Positions 55,736-64,000 of a DNA stretch of 64,000 nt are shown here, one piece after another. The number at the start of each line of letters is the position of its first letter. Position 1 is the first letter of the stretch. The DNA comes from Cyanidioschyzon merolae. Lineage: Eukaryota. A model generated the notes under the pieces. It did no database searches and was not told where the DNA came from. It saw only the letters and a program-made list of their open reading frames with translations. The stretch lies in the NCBI GenBank assembly GCA_000091205.1, contig AP006489.2; one strand, 5' to 3'. Made by a program: the position numbers and the translations under genes.

Positions 55736-56587
55736 ATGCTCGGACGCAACCAGCATCCACTGGCGTTCGCTGCCTCAGCTGTGGTGCCAGGCTCACGTGC
55801 TCAGGCGCTAAAGAGTTTGAAAGTTTGTGGGGTCACCAGCGCAGAGGATGCAACCTGGATTTTAGAGACCATTCAGCGACGACTTTCCGTTCAAGTCTGG
55901 ATAGGTTGTGTGTTGTGGCCGCACTCGCGACGTTGCGTCTCGGTGAGGGAGGCTCGCGACATCGCTGCTGCTGTTCGCGAGACGGCAGCAAAGCTGGGAA
56001 CGCCCGCTCGGACGGTGGCTGTGTTTGTTGATGAGGACTTGTCTCGAATACGACAGGTATGCACCGACGCGTCGATAAACGTTGCTCAGCTGCATGGGTC
56101 CCTGGACTGGCAGGAGCATGTGCTCCGAGCGGTGGACTCCTGGCCTTCCTGGTTGGACTACGCTCGTGTTCTGCGGCCCGATGAAGCAGCACAGGAGCCA
56201 TCGAAGCGAGCGATAACAACCGCTGATGGACGTCCACCCTGCTATACGTTGATCGACCCAGGTCGTGGAGACGGGAAGCCCTTCGACTGGCGCAAGTTCT
56301 CGAACGAGCGCGTTTTGGGTCCCGATCCAGGTCTTTGGATGATTGCTGGCGGTTTGCATGCCGGAAATGTGGTTGAGGCCGTACGAGTCACCAATGCACC
56401 GGGTGTTGATGTTGCGAGCGGTGTCGAGGTCAGCACCGACGGTCGCAGGAAGCACGAATCAGGAGAAGGCTCTGCAGACGCGTATCCGCAGCACAGCGGT
56501 AGGGTGTATCGGCCGCGCAAGGACCCTGCTCGTCTTGAGGCCTTCTTGGATGCACTTTGCAGCGTCTACGGTGGTCGCATGATCTAA
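55736..56587 (+). CDS. trpF: N-(5'-phosphoribosyl)anthranilate isomerase (TrpF/PRAI)
   Basis: LKVCGVTSAEDA (PRAI KICGIT..ED motif), ...VAQLHGS..., FDWRKF, MIAGGLHAGNVVEAVRVTNAPGVDVASGVEVSTDGRRK (PRAI LAGGL.P.NV..A......GVDVSSGVE..pG.KD). Confidence 0.65.
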   Translation: MLGRNQHPLAFAASAVVPGSRAQALKSLKVCGVTSAEDATWILETIQRRLSVQVWIGCVLWPHSRRCVSVREARDIAAAVRETAAKLGTPARTVAVFVDEDLSRIRQVCTDASINVAQLHGSLDWQEHVLRAVDSWPSWLDYARVLRPDEAAQEPSKRAITTADGRPPCYTLIDPGRGDGKPFDWRKFSNERVLGPDPGLWMIAGGLHAGNVVEAVRVTNAPGVDVASGVEVSTDGRRKHESGEGSADAYPQHSGRVYRPRKDPARLEAFLDALCSVYGGRMI

Positions 56588-58139
56588 AGGCAAGCGTAGG
56601 CGATGACTCGGACTGCTTCTGATCGGTGTCTGGGGTATGCCGTTTATCAGAGCGTCTGTCGGAGGCGGAGGTGGTGAAAATGTTCATGCCAGGCTTGCCT
56701 GCATGCGTCTCTACAGAGCGGCTCAGGGCAGTTCGGTCTCGATGATCTGTTTGCAAGGTTTCTCACTTGCTTTTTATTTGCTTGGGTCTGCGGGAAACCG
56801 CCAAGTCAACTGAAGCACTCATGCTGTAATGCTCCCGCGAGACAGCGCGTTCCATGTCGCACGCAGAGAAACCGCGTAACACGCGCCTACATATGGCAGC
56901 GTTGACCTGTTGAGAATGCTGCAAGCAGATGAACGTTACGTTAATCGTCCATCAAAATGATAGACACCGCGTGTGTACGTTGCGTCGGTTGATTGCAGGC
57001 ATTTGCACTGTTCGGATGGCGACGTTGTAACTTGGCGGACGGGGCATCCAGGCCCTGACATTCGACAGCCGCCAGGCGGCTCAGCGCTGCCTCGCAAGCT
57101 GGTTGCTCGTTACCTGCCCCTGTGACATCGAACCAGCAGTACTGCAGATTATGGTTGTGCTGGGATGCCGTCGCCCCTACGCATGGGTTACAATGATGAT
57201 TTTAGAGCATCGCGGGCGCAAAAGAGAAAGCGAGAGAGCATATGTGATGCTGGAGGCAAAAACGACGCTCTACACGTCTGTTGCATCCTTTGGGGGTGGT
57301 GCTTTCTTCATCACACTTCCGGGATTCCACAGGCAAGATATCCATCCGACTGCAATGGTCATCAGGGGACGCTGTTGTTCCCGAGCCTGTCTCGTTGGCG
57401 TAGCAACCACACCTGCCTGCTGGGCACGCCTTGACCGTTTGCGCCGGAACTGCTGCTCTCCAGACGCGCAGCGCTCTCGTTTCTGTCCAGGACAGGTCAC
57501 ATCTGGTGCTGGTCAGCGCCCGCTGCACGTCGCTTTGCCGGTGCGTCCACAGGTTGACTTTTGATGCCGCAGGTATCCCTTTTTGCCATCGTACGCCGTG
57601 TTTCAATCATTTTGAAGTACACCGTCGCCAGTTACGCGGCCAGGGTGCAGTGTCCCTCGTCAGGCGTTTTGGCTCAAATGCAATCGCTTCGTGAACGCCC
57701 AAAACGCACACACATGTACCTCGAAAGCGTCTGGTGCATTCGGAAGCACACACGCGCGTCACTGAGAATGCATCATCTGCGCTGAAACGTACATCTCGTA
57801 AACATCTCGTGCTGTTGTATGCAAACTCGTGTACATGGCATCGCATGCTCTGTTCTCAAACATGTGACTCGAACATTTGTGCTTCTCCTCGATAGACTCA
57901 CGTGCACCTGGATCCTTGCGCACTCCGAAATCGTTCATTCCCGAAAACTGCATCAGCGACGTGTATCCAACGCCTGATTCCACAGCGGGCGTTCATCCGT
58001 AACGATTAGCAATCCGCGTCAACCGGCATCAATCTCCTCCTTTCTAGAATTCAAATGCTATTGAAACCTTTCCCTGGCATCTCGTACCTGCAAATTTCAA
58101 TGTCTACAATACGAAGCACAGGCACTGGTGACAACGCGC

Positions 58140-58901
58140 TCACCTTATCGGGTTCAGGATCGCAACTACAAGAATGATCGCAAACACGACGCCCAGTGCC
58201 AGAGCAAGCCGTTTCTGGCGACTGCGTGCCTTGAGACTCACCTGGAGACGAAGACGCTCCAAGGCACGTGCGACTTCCTCACGTAACTCTTCTGGAGTAC
58301 CGCGGTTATCGATCCGCTCGTCAGCTCGTAGCATCTTCTGCTCGAGCGCCATCTGAGCTTGGATACGTTGCTGGATATCCGCGTCAGTCCAGTCCGGGTG
58401 TCGTCGGCGTAGACGCTCAAACTGCTGTGAACGCGATGCATAGACCACCATGGTCACGTTGCAGAGTCTCGAGAGACCACTCTCATAGAGGAGTGGCACG
58501 TCGAGAACGATTGGGGTGCGCACCCCAGCCACATACCGAAGCAGAAACACTCTCCACAATATTCGTGCACAAACTAGGGGATGCGTAATCCAGTTCAACA
58601 GGTTGAGCGCTCTTGGATTTCCGAAAGCAATCTCGCTGAGGCGTTTGCGATCGAGTTCGAGGTTGCCCTGCTCGTTGCGACGGTACAAGTTTCGGCCGAA
58701 CACAAGGCGTAGCAAGAGGGACGCTACCGTCCCGGGGGCAACCACCTCCCGTGCTATGACGTCGGCGTCAAGAACGGGGTAACCCCAGTCTGCTCGGATG
58801 ACTTTGACGACCTCCGATTTGCCGGTTCCGATGCAGCCGGTGAGGCCATAAACGGCGCCTGCGTTGTCGTACTCCTCCTGCGTTCTGAAACGCGGCATCA
58901 C
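58140..58901 (-). CDS. coaE: Dephospho-CoA kinase (CoaE) with C-terminal TM anchor
   Basis: YGLTGCIGTGKSEVVKVIRADWGYPVLDADVIAREVVAPGT matches the DPCK P-loop/N-terminus (GLTGGIGSGKS...IDAD.IAR.VV.PG). C-terminal hydrophobic helix LALALGVVFAIILVVAIL. Confidence 0.8.
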   Translation of the reverse strand: MMPRFRTQEEYDNAGAVYGLTGCIGTGKSEVVKVIRADWGYPVLDADVIAREVVAPGTVASLLLRLVFGRNLYRRNEQGNLELDRKRLSEIAFGNPRALNLLNWITHPLVCARILWRVFLLRYVAGVRTPIVLDVPLLYESGLSRLCNVTMVVYASRSQQFERLRRRHPDWTDADIQQRIQAQMALEQKMLRADERIDNRGTPEELREEVARALERLRLQVSLKARSRQKRLALALGVVFAIILVVAILNPIR

Positions 58902-59698
58902 GAACGCTTGGTAAACAGAGAAAGCGTATGCAGCTACGGTGGCGATCGCTCCGACCTGAAGAAAGAAGCTGTCCTGACGTCGGTTTCCTGTGCCTCAGAC
59001 GACACGGCTGCGTCAGCGCTACCGCCTCAAGGTATCGTTTGGTACACAACGGTTTCAAGTGGTGTTGCTGCAATGCTGCTGTCGTTGCTCGTGGCGTGCC
59101 ACACGTCCGGTATCTAGACCTAGTCGCGCAACGGAACAAGTTCTCGACTTGTATCGAAATTGTCAGCTTTTGGGCAGTAAATTGCAAGCCAAAGCATACG
59201 TTTACGAAGTTGCGTTGCGGTTCTTTGCACGAAAGCGCTAAACGAAACTACCTAGTGACGCGAGAAACGCTCGGCAAGGCGGGTACGGCTGTCTGCCTGT
59301 AGTATTGGAGTCTAGCACCTGCAAACCAAGGCGGTTACGCTAACGCTACCACTGGGCAACGTTCTTCTAGAAGTTGCATAGCAATACCGCATCGGCGGTC
59401 AGATTTCTAGACAAGTTTGTTCTGTGCGGTAAAGCGTGCGTGCACTGGAGTACCCCTGGTGGCGTTTACAGGTGAACGACGCGCTGGCGTTCGCCTATAG
59501 CGAAAGTCTTCGAAGAGGCGTCATTCCCTGCCCCGACGAAAGCTACAGACGGTACGTGCTAAGGCTGAGCATCACTGGGCTCGGGCTGGACACCCACTGC
59601 GAACCAGTCGATCAACGGAACGCTAGGGACGAGCCTGGTGCGATCCACGCCGACGCTGCCGGCAAACGCGAGCTGGAGTCCCTCGCAACAGACAGCTG

Positions 59699-62212
59699 AT
59701 GCGTACTTTTCGCGCGTTCACCTTGCAGAGCAGGCTCGCGAGTGCCGCTCACTGGCCACCGCGACCGGTGCCCGCACCAGCAGATGACCTGCTGCGACGC
59801 TGTGATGCCTCGCTTATGCAGCGTCTGCCGAGTGCTGCGAGCACTCGCCACTTGCTCCGTTTCCAACACAGCGAAGCTGTATCACCAGCGACGGATCCGG
59901 AGCAAAACGACCGTGCAGTCCAGGTTGCTCTCGAGGAGGCCCAAATAGCAGCCAGAGAACGCGGCTTGACAGGGGCTCCTGTTGGTCGACGTAATTTCGG
60001 CATCGCCGCCCATATCGATAGCGGAAAGACAACACTGAGTGAGCGCATCCTGTTCTACTCTGGGAGAATTCGAAGGATCCATGAAGTGCGGGGCAAGGAC
60101 GGCGTCGGTGCCACCATGGACTCGATGGAACTCGAGCGCGAACGCGGTATTACGATTGCGTCCGCTGCAACCTACCTGAACTGGCAGCGCGGCTTTCACC
60201 TGAACCTCATCGATACACCGGGGCACGTCGACTTTACCATTGAAGTAGAGCGGGCGATGCGCGTACTCGACGGTGCGATCCTGGTGCTGTGTGGTGTCAG
60301 CGGTGTCCAGTCGCAGAGTCTCACCGTGGATCGCCAGATGAGGCGCTACCGCGTTCCTCGACTCGCGTTCGTGAATAAACTGGATCGACAGGGGGCGAAT
60401 CCTGAACGGGTGCTTGAGCAGATTGTTAACAAACTGCACCAGCCGGCTGCCTTTCTGACGATTCCCATAGGCGTCGAGCGGGATCTTGTCGGGGTGGTTG
60501 ATGTAATTCGCCAACAGGCCGTGTATTTCGAAGGCGAATACGGCGAGCAATTGCGTATCGAAGACACCATACCCAGTTCATTGAAGTCCAAGGCCGATCA
60601 AGCGCGTCGCCATCTTATTGAATGTCTCGCGAATGTAGATGAGCGTTTCGGGGACCTCTTCCTCGAGCATGATTACGGGGTCCCAGAGGACGCCATTCAT
60701 CGAGCGATCCGTCGAGCGACCATCGCACGCTCCTTCACACCGGTGTACTGTGGCTCCGCGTTGCGCAACGTGGGTGTTCAGCCGCTCCTCGACGCAGTGG
60801 TCAACTACTTGCCCAGTCCGGTTGAGGTGCGCAGCTACGCCATGCAGGGCGATACCGAGCAGCGAATCCAGCTCGAGCCAGACGCCAATGCCTCGCTTGT
60901 ATCGTTAGCTTTCAAACTCGAGGACGGGCGCTTTGGTCAACTCACGTACCTTCGGGTGTACCAGGGTACTCTTCGCCGCGGCGATCTCATCTATAATGCT
61001 CGAACGGGAAAGCGGTTGCGCGTTCCGCGTCTCGTTCGCCTGCACGCGGATCAAATGGAGGATATTCAGGAAGCGACAGCTGGTGACATATGTGCCATGT
61101 TTGGACTGGACTGTGCCTCTGGAGATACCTTCACAGATGAAGCTGGTCTCGGGAGACGTCTCTCGCTGGAGAGCATTCGCGTCCCTGAACCGGTGATCTC
61201 GTTAGCGATAACGCCACAGGGCAAGACGGATGCACAGGCCAACTTTTCGAAAGCATTGGCGCGATTTACCAAGGAGGATCCCACATTTCGCACGTATCTT
61301 GATCCGGAAAGCAAGCAGACGATTATTTGCGGCATGGGAGAGCTCCATCTTGAGATCTATATCGAGCGAATGCGTCGCGAATACGGTGTCGAGTGCCAAG
61401 TGGGGCAGCCCAAGGTGAACTATCGAGAGTCGGTTTCCCGACGAGCGCCTTTCCAGTACCTGCATCGGAAACAGAGCGGAGGTGCTGGTCAGTACGCTGG
61501 TGTCCAAGGCTACATTGAGCCAACGCTCGAAGCCGGCTACTGGACCGCACGACCCGAGGACTCTGAGACCGCCGAGAGCGACCGCCAGGCAATGAGCGCG
61601 GTGAACACGACCAGCGAGGAGGGTGGACAGGCGGTTGCTGCGCAGCGCGAAGCTACAAAACGCGCTGCCGAGAACGAGTTTGTGAACGCGCTGGTCGGCA
61701 ACAACATACCGCCACAGTTTATTCCGGCCATTGAGCGAGGCTTTCAGGATGCCGTCCAGGAGGGCGCGCTCAGCGGTCACATTGTGCAAGGTGTGCGGAT
61801 GGTGCTCCAAGACGGCAAGAGCCATCCGGTTGACAGCAACGAGATCGCTTTCCGGACCGCTGCACTGATGGCCTTCCGCAAGGCTTTCCCCCAGGCCGGC
61901 GGTGTCATTCTGGAGCCATGGATGCGCGTTGCGGTGCAAGTGCCGCAGGAGTACAGTGGTGACATTCTGGGTAGTCTCACGAAACGGCGAGGAACTGTCG
62001 TGAATTCCCAAACTGACGGCGAATATGCGCTGATTGAAGCGGACGTACCGTTAAGTCAAATGTTTGGCTACTCGACGGATCTGCGCAGCATGACGCAAGG
62101 AAAAGGTGAGTTTACCATGGAGTACCTCCGTCACGAGCCGTGCACCCGGGAGGATCAAGAGCGGCTCATTGCAGACTACGCTGCGCTACGGAAGACAAAA
62201 GCAAACGATTGA
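59699..62212 (+). CDS. GFM1: Mitochondrial elongation factor G (EF-G1mt/GFM1-like)
   Basis: 837 aa. Presequence-like N-terminus. G domain [63 protein letters not shown]...[10 protein letters not shown]...[12 protein letters not shown]. All EF-G domains follow. Confidence 0.9.
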   Translation: MRTFRAFTLQSRLASAAHWPPRPVPAPADDLLRRCDASLMQRLPSAASTRHLLRFQHSEAVSPATDPEQNDRAVQVALEEAQIAARERGLTGAPVGRRNFGIAAHIDSGKTTLSERILFYSGRIRRIHEVRGKDGVGATMDSMELERERGITIASAATYLNWQRGFHLNLIDTPGHVDFTIEVERAMRVLDGAILVLCGVSGVQSQSLTVDRQMRRYRVPRLAFVNKLDRQGANPERVLEQIVNKLHQPAAFLTIPIGVERDLVGVVDVIRQQAVYFEGEYGEQLRIEDTIPSSLKSKADQARRHLIECLANVDERFGDLFLEHDYGVPEDAIHRAIRRATIARSFTPVYCGSALRNVGVQPLLDAVVNYLPSPVEVRSYAMQGDTEQRIQLEPDANASLVSLAFKLEDGRFGQLTYLRVYQGTLRRGDLIYNARTGKRLRVPRLVRLHADQMEDIQEATAGDICAMFGLDCASGDTFTDEAGLGRRLSLESIRVPEPVISLAITPQGKTDAQANFSKALARFTKEDPTFRTYLDPESKQTIICGMGELHLEIYIERMRREYGVECQVGQPKVNYRESVSRRAPFQYLHRKQSGGAGQYAGVQGYIEPTLEAGYWTARPEDSETAESDRQAMSAVNTTSEEGGQAVAAQREATKRAAENEFVNALVGNNIPPQFIPAIERGFQDAVQEGALSGHIVQGVRMVLQDGKSHPVDSNEIAFRTAALMAFRKAFPQAGGVILEPWMRVAVQVPQEYSGDILGSLTKRRGTVVNSQTDGEYALIEADVPLSQMFGYSTDLRSMTQGKGEFTMEYLRHEPCTREDQERLIADYAALRKTKAND

Positions 62213-64000
62213 GCGCGGATATGGAGACGTGTATGCGTGGGTGCACTCTGGCCAACATATGTGATGTCAAGCAAGGCTTTGTTCGCCCTCAATATTTACG
62301 GTACATAAAGCGGAGTGGAAGTCAACGCGACGGTATCCTGGTACCCGATAGGTAAACAATGATGATGACAATGATAATGATGACGCTCGCTATTTCGCAT
62401 GATCGACGAATACAGGGGTAGCGCTCGAACTGTGCCTTACAGATCAACAAACAATGTTGCGTTTCGCAGTTCAAATATGTAAACGATGCTTTTCGTTGCT
62501 AGCTCTCTGCGCCAGGTGCATTCCTTTCGGTACGATGATTTGAAAGTTGTCGATGCTTCTGAATACTTGAGAGAAGAAATCGGAAACAATGATACGGTTG
62601 CAAAAGTCACATGCATTCGCCTCCGTCCCCGTCAAGCGAGAACATGGTATCACTAGATTTTGTACCGCTGTTGGATGCCGTCGATTTCAACAGTTTTGGC
62701 GCACCAGATACCCATGCGCCTCTCGATCTGCTGCAGACGACTCGTCCAGGGTAGCCAGTACCCAGACCCCTACATGAACACACGAGCGAGCCAGCGGACG
62801 CAGTGCAGCGCACGTTACGCTCGGGCGTCTGCGTCAAACGTATCTGGAAAGCTGCAGGTCATCGAGACACTTCCGCGAATGTCCCTCATTCCATAGAAGC
62901 TCTCATACACGTTGCAACGACTCAATCGTTGGTTCGTGGTGCGAGCCGGTGTCGGACGATATGCGCGGAAACCTGTCCCGGATCACTCACATGGAGGCCC
63001 AGTACGGAATGGCATGGCTGCGCGTGCCGGCTGGCTGGACAACGCTCCAGCTCGTTATGCAGCGCCCACGGATATGGCGCATTTCATCCCGCCCGTTAGC
63101 GACCCTAGTCCAGCGCGTGCCTCAACTGGACTGGGCTTGGAGAGGGAACACGGACGATATTCGGCGACGCAGCACCCAAACATGCCATGCGTCAGCGTTG
63201 CTCATTGGGAAACAGCAGGACATTTTCCAGAGGCTGCGTCACCAGTGAGCGCATGCTTATCGTGGCCGCACTGCGCTTTGACTTGTGGAACGACTCTGGT
63301 CTGCCTTAGCGTTGCCGATCATAGCAAGCGTATTGCAGCACGAGTGAAGGCATCGTAAGCACGACTTGCGCCAACCGGACTAGATCTGGGAATTGCAACT
63401 GGCGTCGTGGTGAACTGAGCACATCCACAAGCTAGTCGCTCATTCGAAAGGACTCGCGTGTGCCTATATCCTGGTATGGAACGCGGGATTCCTAGAAACG
63501 CGTTGGTTTCGCATTGGACGCATGTTCGGAGGTCGGAAGTTCACGTCCGCTAGCGCTGCTTGCCAGCTTGCGGCGATAACGCCATCAACACCTTCGCTTT
63601 GCTGCAGTGTGTACAATGTTGCCCGGCAACGAGCGCTCTTCCATCGAACGCGAACAATCCGAATCAAGGGCGCTGCGGGAGGCGTCATCAGGACTCGATC
63701 GGGGCTGCAATATACGTCGTTCTCTCGAGCAGATCATCTGGTGAGCTGAGGGATAAAGTTCTTGTTCGATGCCGGGTGTGCCGGTGTCGCGGAGCCGCAC
63801 CAACTGGGTTCCAGGCAACGCCCGTGGAAGCCCAGGGCTGCCACGGCACCGGTGGAGGTCTTGCCCAGGCACCGGGCTGGGATCGCTGCTCGGCGTGCGA
63901 GCGGACGTGATCTTCTGATAAAGCCTTGGGGAGAGGTACGAGCTCGGGAGCGCAGTTCCCCACAGACTGCGCTGGCGCGTGCTTCTGTGGCTGCGTGGTT

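Noticed and set aside
1-64000. CRISPR arrays, rRNA genes or bacterial-style operons.
   Set aside because: No direct-repeat/spacer arrays are present, only simple microsatellites and the 128-bp duplication. No rRNA-like conserved stretches. Gene content and organisation are eukaryotic.

Overview
The window is GC-rich, compact nuclear DNA from an apparently intron-poor eukaryote. Genes sit as single long ORFs on alternating strands with short spacers, and coding microsatellites (poly-Q/poly-A) are common. Candidate sources are a thraustochytrid/stramenopile or a Cyanidioschyzon-like red alga, but this is a guess.

Sixteen protein-coding genes are supported by protein similarity I recognise:
- LETM1-like protein
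- squalene synthase
- RNA polymerase III largest subunit (RPC1)
- SEL1L/Hrd3-like Sel1-repeat protein
- GNAT acetyltransferase
- Utp6-like HAT-repeat protein
- tandem starch/glycogen-binding (CBM) protein
- Spc25-like kinetochore protein
- one hypothetical protein
- proteasome beta-3
- SMC2 condensin
- HRD1 RING E3
- a low-complexity nuclear protein
- phosphoribosylanthranilate isomerase (TrpF)
- dephospho-CoA kinase
- mitochondrial EF-G1

The most interesting content is intergenic. I count at least eight degenerate copies of two related IS607-like element families, A (5 copies) and B (3 copies). Each copy carries a remnant of a small serine-recombinase (TnpA/resolvase-like) N-terminal motif, followed by a truncated TnpB/Fanzor-like (OMEGA RuvC nuclease) C-terminus. 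The TnpB part shows RuvC-II, a YTSQxCSxCG-type zinc finger and an RDxNAAxNI RuvC-III motif, followed by a roughly 180-240 bp conserved 3' tail. Two A copies are about 99% identical with unrelated flanks, which implies recent trans-mobilisation of a non-autonomous element. A and B copies sit next to or abut each other at three loci. All element calls rest on motifs read by eye and need HMM and alignment confirmation.
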